DNA of 63,997 bases, the filler included, from Catajapyx aquilonaris (Eukaryota), in the NCBI GenBank assembly GCA_000934665.2. It is 2 parts of 2 records of this genome, joined end to end, with 100 filler letters (N's around TTAATTAATTAA, not from the genome) between each part and the next. Parts side by side here need not be neighbours in the genome. Positions count along the whole stretch, not along the records: positions 1 to 31,970 come from JYFJ02004465.1; 1 more part is not named here. One strand, 5' to 3'. Positions 1-11,654 of this stretch are shown one piece after another (within the stretch, counting starts at the first letter, position 1; every line of letters begins with the position of its first letter). The notes beneath the pieces were generated by a model that saw only the letters and a program-made list of their open reading frames with translations, was not told where the DNA came from and did not search any database. The translations under genes and the position numbers were made by a program.

Positions 1-229
1 GCGTTCAGCTGCTCACTAGTTGTTTACATTGTATGATTGTACGTTTTGTGTATATGTGTTCATATCATTTATATCATATTCATCCCTTTCATTAACCCTC
101 TGCGTGGCCTGACCATCCACCAGAGTGTCATTTTGTAGGTCATACGAGGGGGACAGGGGCAACCTGTACTCCGCTGGCTACCCCTCTATGGGATTATTTT
201 GCCGTGAAGTAAATGATGATGATGATGTA

Positions 230-983
230 ATAACAATGAATAAAATGAAAGTAAACAAGTGTTCCTTTGTTGAGACTGTTCACTCCCATTGTTGCGTCAG
301 GTGATTCTCCGTGGAAACGTGCTGTGAGGGATGCTGAATGATGTAAATAAACGGTTGTTCTTGGTTCATTGGACATAGAACGAGAGTGTAGGAGTTTAAT
401 TTAACATCATTCAGGAGCGTCCATGGCCGAGGCATTGCGTCGGTGCTTATCAGGAATAATTGGGCAAGCCTTCCTGGAAGTAATGAGGGAGCAGGTTGCT
501 TGGTATCTCCTGGGCCACTGCTCGAGGCCTCTTGCCCGCCAACAAGTGTTGCCGTAAAATGAATCCTAACCTTTTACTCAAGGCATGCCCCACTCTGATT
601 GTGTTGGTGTTATCTGTGAGGCGTTGGTGTGACCGCACCAGTACTGTCCGTCTTGTGGCCCTGCCAGGCACGGTACGTCGCCTGTGCGTGATATTTTTAG
701 TTTTTGCGGAGCGAAAGCGGAGCTGGGCGCTTATTGTGGGTTTCTGTATCCGCAACATTTACTGTCCGTCTTGTGGCGCCGCAGGCCAACTAACGTTATT
801 GTGGATTTGCCACATCCACATCCGCAACACCCACATCTACGCCACCACAAGGCGGACAGTATCTCTGCGAACACACAACCCCCAAACTACGTTTAAAATT
901 ACCATGGATATTCGTTCACTCAACAATGGGAGTAAACTGTTTCAACAAAGGAACACTTGTTTATTTTCATTTATTCATTGTTA
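230..983. mobile_element. Unclassified non-autonomous element bounded by ~65-bp inverted repeats
   Basis: 231-294 (taacaatgaataaaatg...cactcccattgttg) is a near reverse complement of 921-983 (caacaatgggagtaaac...tattcattgtta). The internal motif tactgtccgtcttgtgg occurs at 642 and 760, and inverted with one mismatch at 845. Confidence 0.5.
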
Positions 984-1373
984 TAACTTGCAATTTCAAA
1001 ATTCAATTACTCTTGAACCAAGCATTTCCGCACACTAGGAATAGTGTCATTCGACTCATCTCATCGAGTAGATTCAGAAAATATATAGAAACCTGGAAGA
1101 CTTTTGCGGCTCTAAACTGCACCCTTACCCTTACTTCTCTTTTTTTTACTGAAGGGAAAGTTTTTGATCTATTATTTTCGGAAGGGGAAAAAAAATTGAT
1201 TGTTTTTTTAAAAGCTGCTGTTTCGAACTGTCATGCGGTTGATCATTATCAAGATGACAACTTGTTAGGTTGATCGTTGGGAGTCGCAATCAATAATTCA
1301 GATGTTATCAGCAATTACTGAAGGATATGAGCCAACATCTGCCTCACTTTACTGTCGACTTTAGCGAGTCGCA

Positions 1374-1970
1374 ATGTTTAAACTATTAGGTGTGGGTCTC
1401 TGCTTGATGATCTTATTCAGTACTAGCATCGAAGGAAAGGTCTTCGGGAGATGTGAACTGTACAGAGAATTGGCACGTCAAATTCCCCGAGCGGAAGATG
1501 CATCCAAATGTGAGAATTATTTCGTAAAGACCAGTGAGTCTCACGTTTGTTTATCAGGTGCCATTAATTTTTTTAGTGGTTTGCTTGGCCAACTTTGTGA
1601 GTCGATTTGAATCCAATTTCCGTGATGATAAAAGTTATGGACTGTTTGGGGTGAGTATAGCATGAGTTTCTTCTTATAATAAATTCTTTGTTGCAATATT
1701 TCATCGAATTATTCCTTTCCAGATTCATCCGCCTTTGTGCGGTGGCAGTACATGTGGCTTATCCTGCGAAGGTAATGTTTACCTTTCCTGTCATGGTCAT
1801 TGAAGTTTTAATGAAGTCTTTTGGCTACAGATCTCGTAAGTGATGATGCAACCGATTCCATATATTGTGCCCATCAAATTATATTGGCGTCCAAATGGAG
1901 TACCTGGGAGCCTACATACAGCAAGTACTGTGAGGACTCGAGAGGCTGGATTACATGCTGCATCGCTTAG
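1374..1970 (+). CDS. C-type lysozyme-like secreted protein, copy 1 (catalytic Glu and Asp both replaced)
   Basis: GT-AG exons 1374-1509, 1577-1650, 1723-1771, 1831-1970. They give a signal peptide plus KVFGRCELYREL...LVCLANFVSRF...SYGLFGI...CGLSCEDLVSDD...IYCA...WSTW...YC...CC, the c-type lysozyme Cys/motif pattern. Confidence 0.85.
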
Positions 1971-2068
1971 AGTGTTTGTGTGATTTCCCAATTTACATGT
2001 TATTACTTATTGGCCGACTAATAAAACTGCATGCTAAAATACACGTCATACACGCCCACAGGGAGTTG

Positions 2069-2070
2069 AA

Positions 2071-2133
<63 letters not shown>

Positions 2134-2134
2134 A
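2069..2134. repeat. (AAAT)n microsatellite
   Basis: About 16 uninterrupted AAAT units. Confidence 0.95.
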
Positions 2135-2517
2135 ACTGGGTCTATGCCGTCGGACAATCGCAGCTCATTCACTTTTGTCACATGGCTTCGATTTTATAGT
2201 AATGCTTTTAGCAACTTTTAAACCAGAAGAAAACCAGTTAACTTCAATAACTAGATTAAACCCGCGTATCTACGATGTACTTTAGGAACACGGCTTGTTA
2301 ATGAAAACATCACAGTGGAATCTAAATCATTTCAGGAAAAGATAAGCTCCGTGGTTTGATGCCAATCTATAATGGATGCAAAGAATGGCGGCTCGTTAGG
2401 TTGATGGGTTGGAGCAACAATCAATAATCCAGATGTTCTTATCAGCAATAATTACTGTGGTGGATACGAGCCAACATCTGCCTCGCTTGAACTGACAGTC
2501 AACTTCTGAAAGTCGCG

Positions 2518-3202
2518 ATGTTTAAACTATTCGGTGTGGGTCTCTGCTTGACGATCTTCAGTACTTGCATCGAAGGAAAGGTCTTTGGACGATGTGAACT
2601 GTACCAGGAATTATTGTCATTTGATGTCGGTGAGGATGATGCATCCAAGTGTGAGAAAAACATCATTTCGTAAACTTGTTCAGATACATTGAGAATATCG
2701 GGTTTATTACAATGTGGCCGAGGTTTGATATTTTTAAAATTACTTTTTAGTGGTTTGCTTGGCCAACTTCGTCAGCCGATTTGATTCCACTTTCCACGAC
2801 AATGGTCATTATGGACTGTTTGGGGTGAGTAACTTGTTTCTCGTTATAATATATTATTCCTGTTTTTGCTGTATAAGATTAATCGAATTGCGCTTCTCCA
2901 GATTCACCCACCGTGGTGCAAGAAGCACGACAGTGATATATGTCACGCACCCTGCGATCTATGTGACACACCCTGCGATGGTAAAATTCACCTTCTTGGA
3001 TCATGTCAACTGAAATTTTAAATCAAGTCTTTGAGTTACAGATCTCTTAAGTGATGATCCATCCAATGCGATACTTTGTGTGAGGCAAATAATTAGAATC
3101 CATGAGTCTCGCCATGGGTGGAGTTTCTGGGATCCGACATACAGCAAGTACTGTCAGGACTCGAGAGGCTGGATTACTTGCTGCTCATCTGAGAGCGTAT
3201 GA
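2518..3202 (+). CDS. C-type lysozyme-like secreted protein, copy 2 (recent paralog of copy 1)
   Basis: Exons 2518-2650, 2751-2824, 2902-2980, 3042-3202. Translation MFKLFGVGLCL...KVFGRCELYQEL...VCLANFVSRF...HYGLFGI...YSKYCQDSRGWITCC. Upstream flank, intron ends and 3' UTR still align with copy 1. Confidence 0.85.
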
Positions 3203-3509
3203 TTTCCCCATTTACATGTTATTACTTGGTCGACGCTAATAAAACAGCATGATGAAATATATTGTAATTAATAATTGGGAAGCCATTCGAGCCCAAAGGC
3301 CAAAGAAGATGGGCAGGGTTGCCGTGGAATTACTGATTAGCACTTATCAGTTGGCCTCAACCTGGCCAGGTAAGTGCTAAGTACATGGATTTATGTTGTT
3401 ATCTGAAGAGCAGTTTTCCTCTCAGGCTGTATGTATATAATGTAAAGACAAAACTGGAGCTAGTTGCGCTGTAATTTCCTCGTCTCAAGTCACAGTTTCA
3501 GCAGTGACA

Positions 3510-4111
3510 ATGTTGAAGTACCTCGTCCTCTGTGCGATGATGTGCAATTATTACCATGCCGACGGAAAGATAATTGGCCGCTGCGAGCTCTACAAGGAGC
3601 TGAAGAAAAACGGCATCAATCACAACGATGCAGCGACATGTAAGGCAACAACTTATGTTCATCTCTTGGGATGAATATATGAACGGTTTGCTCATTTTCA
3701 GTTGTGTGTATCGCAAACTTTGAGAGCGGATTCGACTCCGACTACTTTGATGGTGGCCACAATTTTGGTATCTTCCGGGTAAGTATTTCAGTTGCAGTTT
3801 GCACATAAATTACATGCTGAATTATACTGCAGATTAATGGCGAGACAGGGAGCTATTGGTGTTATCAAGGCGACGAGATACCGACAGCTTGTGGCCTTGC
3901 CTGCTGCGGTACGACCTGACTTTTAATATTCCGTGCAATTATTCGTATATGGTTTTTCCTTTTTGCAGACCTACTTGGAGACAACATTACCAACTCGATA
4001 CAATGCGCCAACACGATTAAAGTCCGGGCTGGATTTATGAGTTGGGTTACTTACGAACATAATTGCAACGATGTAGCCAACGTAGTCGCTTGGGCCAGTT
4101 GTTGCGAATAG
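3510..4111 (+). CDS. C-type lysozyme-like secreted protein, copy 3 (Glu kept, Asp to Asn)
   Basis: Exons 3510-3639, 3702-3778, 3833-3908, 3969-4111, with the same intron phases as copies 1-2. Translation KIIGRCELYKELKKNG...VCIANFESGF...NFGIFRIN...YWC...CGLACCDLLGDNITNSIQCA...GFMSW...CC. A TATA-like tatataa lies at ~3434. Confidence 0.87.
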
Positions 4112-4218
4112 TCCTTTCGTTGTCTGACAAACCATTATATTCATTGTAAATTTGAAAATCACTCATGTACAATCGGTAAAAGTATGACTTGTTTTTATGC
4201 CAGCCATTCTGTACGTAT

Positions 4219-4687
4219 TTAAAGCGCAGTTGGCCTCTCGTCCTGTCCCCTAGACGAGTTGATGAAGCGCATGAGCAGGAGCCACGGTATGGTCATGATC
4301 AGGACAATCACTACGGTTAGTGCCGGTTTGCTTGAGTCCACGGCTTCACACACTTTCTGCAGGAGTGATCTGCAAAATGCGGATTGTTACTATAGCGTTT
4401 TGACACTCAAGAGAGGCTGCTTACCGCCTGCGTTTTCGCTTGTCCTTGAGGTAGACCAACTGCATTGGCCGCGTTGTGCCGTGGACAATGTAACAGACCG
4501 ATTCCAGCGACTGCAACACGTCGGGTGTCATCTTGTCTGATGTCATCAGTGACACGCTGTGGCTTAGATCCGATATGGCGTCTTGCAGCTTGTCCTTCAG
4601 CGGAGTCTGTGAACGCCAGTCGTCATCTTTTTCTTGAAGCTCAATCTGGCTCCATAGGGATGCTCCTACTGATGGTCGACGCTTCAT
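4219..4687 (-). CDS. Small orphan protein with C-terminal transmembrane segment (tail-anchored type)
   Basis: Exons 4687-4425 and 4369-4219 are joined by a short GT-AG intron that keeps the frame. The product ends ...KPALTVVIVLIMTIPWLLLMRFINSSRGQDERPTAL*. The start codon is uncertain. Confidence 0.55.
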
Positions 4688-5746
4688 TTTCAGGCCCACG
4701 TAAACTATATGAAGGTGACTGACCCTTGAAAAGTACATAATGTATGACTTGCAAGGATTGCGCACTTTCTCATTGAAAATAATCATAATTTGAACAAGAT
4801 TACTGCTGAGGCTTTAGCCGTCTATTAGCATTCTGTGATTAAAAGCACTTTGTAAGGTACACCCGAAGTGAATATGAGTAATAATTCGATTGCAACTGTA
4901 TTAGGATATATTTGAAGGCACAGTCTACTGAAGAATATCAGACAAAAGCACAATCTGTATCTGCTGGAGACTCTATCAGGCCTTTTGTCCGTGCCGTCTA
5001 TTAACATTCAGTAATTAAGAGCAATATAATACCATAGATTCGTACAGATTGCGCTTGTTAATTAGTTTTTCTCAACAATATATTAATAACAAGCGCAAAA
5101 TCTGGTCTGACTTATTTTCAGACCAATTTAGTGCTCCCTGCCCTCAAGCTGCGGTTTGAATCACAGCTAATGGTGATGCAGCTTTATTATGGCTACATTA
5201 TTGTGCAATTAATTATACGCATGTACGCTTACAGACGGTAAAAAATTAATGTGAAAGAAGCAGACCTGAATCGAAGCACTTGGACGGAATTCGAATTGCG
5301 AGCGTTACTAATCGGACGCGCTCATTGCTATTCAGCAGCAGTCACCAATTTGTTCGGCGTCGTTCGGCATATTCTAATAATTAATGACAACACCCGCAAT
5401 TGCACGTTGCTGAAAAATGTTTTATGCGATTTATCTGCGTAATTAAATTCTGGTTACGTATCTCACTTGTGGTTTAAATATGATCTGTCAACCCTGTGGC
5501 GGCTTTTCATTTTTGGTTTACACCACCTAGTCGTAGCCTCGGAATCCAATGAGAAGCGAGGATATCATGCGTGTGCCCAATAAGCGCGTCGCTGCCACCA
5601 GGTTGACTATCAGATGTGAACTTTTCTCCCCCCAAGCCGGCAAACAAAAGAGGAGCGATGCAGCGTCGTTGAAAAAAGGAGGCGACGATTGTTCTCCGTC
5701 GAACATATTCCATCTGAAAAACTCGGAAGGAAAATCCGCCCGAATC

Positions 5747-6453
5747 ATGAAGCTTGTCAGGTCCGTACTCTTCATCCTCGGTGTCATTCGGACGGGAAGG
5801 GTTTGGTCGGATCGGGTAGAGGGAAAGGAGGATGGGCAGGGCAAAAAGGGTGGAACACCGATGGAACTCTTTTGAAGTGTTGTACTATCTGTCACAAAAA
5901 GTTTTGGCCGAACTGACAAAAAAAAGTGGTCGAAACTTTTTGTGGTAGATTGTACGTTGTTTCATTGCGCCTCAAAAATGTTGCAGGTTTCTGATGAAGT
6001 TGAGCCACGAGACGGTCACCATTGAGCTTAAGAATGGGACGCAGGTGCATGGGACCATCACCGGTGAGGATAATCAATAAGTGTTGCTGTGGAAAGGGAG
6101 TCACGCACGTTCGCTGCTTTTGCAGGTGTGGACGTGGCCATGAACACGCATCTGAAGGCGGTCAAGATGACCATAAAGAACAGGGATCCGGTTCAGCTGG
6201 AGACGCTCAGCATACGGGGGAACAATATCCGCTACTACATCCTCCCGGACTCCCTTCCGTTGGAGACGCTGCTGGTGGACGACACCCCGAAGGCCAAGGC
6301 CAAGAAGAAGGAGGCCGCACGAGGCATGTTCCATTGTTCGTACCGACATGCGGTTGTGGGTAATTATTCCGTGTACTTGCAGGTGCTGGACGTGCAAGAG
6401 GACGCGGGCGCGGAAGGGGAAGGGGACGCGGGAGAGGACGAGGAAGGAGATAG
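5747..6453 (+). CDS. SNRPD1: Small nuclear ribonucleoprotein Sm D1
   Basis: Exons 5747-5760, 5987-6063, 6126-6323, 6383-6453. Translation [44 protein letters not shown]...[23 protein letters not shown]...(GR)n tail. Confidence 0.97.
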
Positions 6454-6577
6454 AGTGCTTCGACTCTGTGAGTGTGCGCGCAAAGGACAGAACATTTTTT
6501 TTTCTTCAATTGCATATATATTTCATCAATTTACACCACTCAATAGTTGTAGCAACAAGGTACCAATTAAATAAGTG

Positions 6578-9500
6578 TTAGTACTTGTACGGAATGTCCA
6601 GTTGGTTTCCTCCCACTTTTACAGTCAGTCCGTCCGTGTCGATCTTCACGCTGTGGAATGTCACCTTGTCCGAACCCTGCGGAACATTTGGATAGTTACT
6701 GTTCCTATTGTACGGCTGAGGTACTTACGCTAATGCCTGACACGACTTCTGTCACCCGCTGCATGTCGTTCGGTCGCTTGGTGAGAATCAGCATGAATCC
6801 GCCGCCCCCAGCCCCTGCCAGGATCTGAAATCGGTTCGTTGCGGTCATTGAATCTCTGCAGGTTAATTGCTGGGTCGTACCTGCCCGTATGTGATAGGCT
6901 CAAGTCGACGCATGATCTCGTGAACAAGCGCGGGCTCACACCCGGAAGCAATCATCTTCTTGAGTTCCCAGTACTCGTTCATGCAGCGGCCAACTTCAGC
7001 CAAGTCGCCTGAAACATTAATGGCGTCATGAAGTGGTCGAGAGCAATTTAACGGTGCAATTACCGGCAGCGATTGCGGTTGCGCCACTTGCTGCGTTTTT
7101 AATTAGCCCAGAAAAGCACTGGACGGTGTCGGGGCTACGTGCATACCAATTGCGAATTACATTCTGCAACAGATTTCGGGCCAGCCGCACCTTCCCCGAG
7201 TAGATCATTACCAGATGCTCGTTAATTACTTGCATGTTCGCATCGATTGGTTCGACTTCGATGGCAACCGGATCGGACTTGGCCTCCGAATATCCGCATT
7301 TGATCCCGCCTAAAACGCCTCCCACTTGGTCCTGCCAGCCTCCGCCGGTCGTCAACACCTGCTCGGTGCACATCACTGCATGTAACAACGAGCGACGGTC
7401 AAACTTCCGGCCAGTCACAGTCCACAGTGCGGCCAACACAGCCGCTGCCAGGATGCTGCTAGTACCAAGCCCCGATCCCTGCGGAAGACTGGACCAAGCT
7501 CGGAGGTCGATTCCGCCGCCAAGTTTCTGCAGCTGTTCAGGCAAAGGCGTGTCGATATCCTCGAGCGATATGATGTTCGATGTGATCAAGCACGCTTTCA
7601 ACAAAGCGCCAGGACTGCCCGGGTTGTCATACCCGCACATGTCGGACAGTTCTTGCAACTCCAGGTGTAACTCGGGGTCGCCGTCGCCAAGTACGATGCG
7701 TATCAACAGGTCTGTGATCTTGCAAGCGCGGGCACCGATCGGCCGCTGTGGAGTGGATTAGCTGCATTCAACGATTGTAATTCGTGCGATGAGCATTACC
7801 TTCCCGTCGACTGAAATGGCTGCGTTGACCACACTTCCGCCAAGCTCGTAGCAGATCGGAGGCGTGTCGCTCCATCCGCCCATCAGGTCGACTCTCGCTG
7901 GACACTCTGCTTCGACCCATGTGCCTGCAGGTGGTCCGAGGTCGACACGCAGGTTCACTTCGGATTTGGCAGACATCACCGTACGCCTAGAATCGCCAGG
8001 TGTTAGACACACAACCGAAATGTATGGTCGCACTTACCTAATGAGCACCTGAGCTGCTCGCTCGTAATGCCTCGCAGCCCGCACCAGCCTCGAAGGCGTG
8101 TCCATCCACTTCAGCCTGACCTTTGACATCTGCCAGACACCCTCTTGGACCGAGCCGGACTCGAACTCTTGAAGGCTGGACTGCCAGGCAGGGTTGGCTG
8201 CAGGTCCGCTTCGGACACCACCGATCGGACCGGCCATGCAGCCCAGAAGGTCAGCGATGGTCGCCAAATGACGAGCCGCCTCGCCCGAACTGGTGGTGAC
8301 CGCCGCTGCGGCAGAGTCCATAGCAGCGAGAAGCTCAGGAGCATATCCCTCTTAAGTAATTGTTGGTTAGTACCGGTACACCATTTAAAAACATACCTGC
8401 GACATACCAACACAAGCAGTGCGCATGTACGGCAAGTACGAATCACCCTCGGGTGGACACAGCTTCTGAACCGATGCCGCTGTAACACCTGCGTACGTCC
8501 CGTGTCGTAACTCAAACGCAATCTCCGGATCCATCAATGAAACCAGGTCTTCAAGGCTCACCCGCTCGCATTTCCGCCACGACTCCATTCTCGACTTGTC
8601 CATCTTTTGCAGCCACAGCAGGTCGACCACGCTTGTCTTCGGGTACAGTTTAGCGTTGTACAGACATCTGGCTGAATCTGATGGCCACAGGTCCGATTCG
8701 GTGATTCCAGTTAGTTTGAAGAACTCGGGCCATTGACGGTTCAGCACAGTTGCGTCTGGAGAGGTGAAGCTGACCTTTGGACAGTCGGAGGTTCCCAACA
8801 TGGCGTGGGTCAGCCGCGGGATTGGAAAACCAATCATTGCGATTTGCTTGGATATGTTCCAGGTTTCGCCTCTCGGTATGTTCAAGTACACACTGGTTAA
8901 AATGACACCAGCTTCCAGTACTAGCGAGCCATCTCCAGCCACAGATGTGTTAATGACCTGTGCTGACTTATCGCACTTGTTGCTGTGTGCCACAAGCGAG
9001 TTGACAGCGGTTGCGTCCGTCTTCGGCGCAACGTGATGCGATTGCAGTTCGAGCACACTGTACAGATCCGCAATTGGAAGCTCGTCGCTCAAGTACTTGT
9101 ATCCAGCCTTCAGCTCCAAGTGCCCCAGTTTGTACTTGTGCAATTCGGTCCACATCAGCCCTCTGAAACGCAAAGATTCAGTCACTTCCGCATTGTTCAG
9201 AACCATGTAACTAACCTGGCATAAGCCATCGTCTGCTCTTCGCGCTTGATCTGATGCTTGTCGCTGTATGACATCCCGCATTTTCCGGTGCGGAAATCAG
9301 CTTCGTTCACGCCCGTCGCCATTGCGACCATTATGTCGAAGAAGAGCGACACCTAGTGAAGTGAAGGTCAGTGGTACGTCCTTAAATTGTAATTAGTACT
9401 TACCTGTATCGGCTTCTCGCCTGTGTCGACTCCAAAGTAAGTGCAACTGTCAACAGGTGACGAGCGATGAAGCGACAGCAGACTTTCAGCCACTTTCAAC

Positions 9501-10265
9501 GAGAAGTAGGCAGCACCGCAAATGACCGGTACCGTTCCATCAACTGCGGCATCAGCTGTGAAGTAACATCTCCTTTAATCCCAACCATCGCAATTGCAGT
9601 AATTCATATGAAACATACCCAGCTCATCTTGAGTCCCGCAGTAAACAATGCTCTTTACAAACTCCCCGTCTGTTATGACGACTCCATGATTCGCTGCGTA
9701 CGTTGCATCGCATGGTGCGGTGAACACAACCGCTTCCGCCTCTGGAAACTGCGATGGAAGTACATCTGGAGATATGTACGCATCGGTACTTGACACCCAA
9801 ATTCCTGGAGGAGCAGACCGTTTGACCTGCAACGATGGGAACAATGTGATTATTCCGCCTCGGTTGGTAATTACGGGATTGTTACGTCGGTCCACAAGTT
9901 AAGAAGATGCTCCAAGTTGGATGTGATCCCGCTGAATTCATTGTTGGAAGCAGACGGGATAGGAAGGAAGGCACGTCCGCATGGGTCGTACGCAAAGTGA
10001 CGGCCATGATGGAAGATCAGTATGTCAGCGTCTTGAAGCACGTCGATAGTCACCTGGAAAGTTATGTTAACGTAATTTTTTTTCTTCCCATTATTTGCAG
10101 TGCAACGTACAGTCGAGTATCCCTTAAGCGAGCTCCAGTACTCGGCGGCGACCAGAAGCGCATTGAGTGTGGCTCCACCGCTCCCAATTCGTGCCACCGG
10201 ATCTTCAAGAGCGAGGCAAACCGTGTGCTCCGATATCCGCTTCTTCTTCTGCAGTATATTCAACT
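6578..10265 (-). CDS. FCSK: L-fucose kinase (N-terminal fucokinase/nucleotidyltransferase-like domain plus GHMP kinase); first exon unresolved
   Basis: Multi-exon. Motifs EDPVARIGSGGATLNALLVAAE, GGVRSGPAANPAW, PARVDLMGGWSDTPP, LPQGSGLGTSSIL and TTGGGWQDQ. The last exon ends ...DIPYKY* at 6578. Confidence 0.92.
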
Positions 10266-11118
10266 CTGGAAGAAACAGATGACGTGAGTATCATAATAAA
10301 CAACCTGTCATCGGTACTGATAATGAAAGTGTATCAGTCGACACTACTAACCCAAGCTGCGAATCTTCTGATATAATGTGCGATTAAGTCATGATTCACC
10401 TTCTAACAAAAGTTTGCAATCTTGTCGTCCTGTCGTGACTCAAACGCTGATATCATTTGAATAACAACGAACAGTTCTGAACAAATAATGCGGCAATGTA
10501 ACATATGCAGGTGCAAGTAATTAACTCTAGAAGTACCTCTAATACTGTGTGGGCTAGTTACTTGCCCTATTTGTAATATGCATGACAAGTTCGTATATGA
10601 ACAGTCTTGCCTTTTTGGAGTGCCCTGGCCCAAGACGAGGAAGGGCAGGTGACGATGACCATAAGCCAGTTGCGACTACCACTGTCCATCTTTGCACCAC
10701 GTACTGAGTACGAGTGCAAGTACCCCTGCCTTTTTGTTCAAGCGGCATGAGTCATAGCAAGCAAACAGGTGCAGGTGATCTGGCAATATCAGTACGACTC
10801 ATCTGAACATTGGACTTGACCGTTTTAAGATTAAGTGACATGCGTTATTGTAAGGCGAAAAGGCAACTCATTTGCACCTAGATGGACCGGTTTCAAAATT
10901 TGAGCCAATTGTCCATTGCGTTTGTGCAGTTGTCTCTCTGGAGAGGCACCATTTGCACGTTCTTAAGTGGGAGGGACATTTGAATCAGTACTTGCAGGTG
11001 TATGTTTGTAATTGAAGCAATTGTGAGGGCAAACATACTCATTTATTTGACAAATAGGCACTGGACTTTTAAACAATAGGTCACATGTAATTGATGCACC
11101 GTAAGAAGTACGCTTCAT

Positions 11119-11370
11119 CTTCAACATAACATCCTGAACAATATTACAAAAATTATTTCAAATGAACTACAGTGTGATCATTATAATAATTAGAGGCATT
11201 ACTTGAACGTAACATCCTGAGCAATATTAATTACAGAACCTCAAATGAACTATGATCATTACTGTGATGGTGTGCTAATTAAAGTCATTACTTCAACGTA
11301 ACATCATGAACAATTAATTACAAAAACTTCAAACGAAACTACAGTGTTAATTAATCATTACTGTGACGGT
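11119..11370. repeat. Three degenerate ~85-90 bp tandem repeats
   Basis: The unit cttcaac(a/g)taacatcctgaacaat...tcaaatgaacta...atcatta recurs at ~11119, ~11202 and ~11291. Confidence 0.75.
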
Positions 11371-11654
11371 ACGTTGTGCTACTTAGGCAGCGTTGAACAT
11401 GAATTGACAGCAACACAATCATTGAACATATTTGAACAACAACAAAATTATGGCGCTAAGCTTACAAGAAAAGATGTACGAACGAACTTGTGAGTCGTAA
11501 CCAACATTAAATTAAGCTGAACTGTTCAACAATAGAGTAACTTAAGCTGAACTGTTCAACAACAGTAGTGACCAGGTGATATGAATTGTACGTAAGTGCC
11601 CCTTAGATAAATTAATTGAACTGAAAAAACTGGAACATGACTGGCAGTGCCAGA

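Noticed and set aside
450..758. LRIQKPTISAQ resembling a Penelope GIY-YIG C-terminus
   Set aside because: There is a stop immediately upstream and no other endonuclease or RT motifs.
1993..2181. ORF with LFIY repeats
   Set aside because: It is a translation of the (AAAT)n microsatellite.
11119..11370. CRISPR-like repeat-spacer array
   Set aside because: The context is eukaryotic, whole units are similar with no unique spacers, and there are no cas genes.
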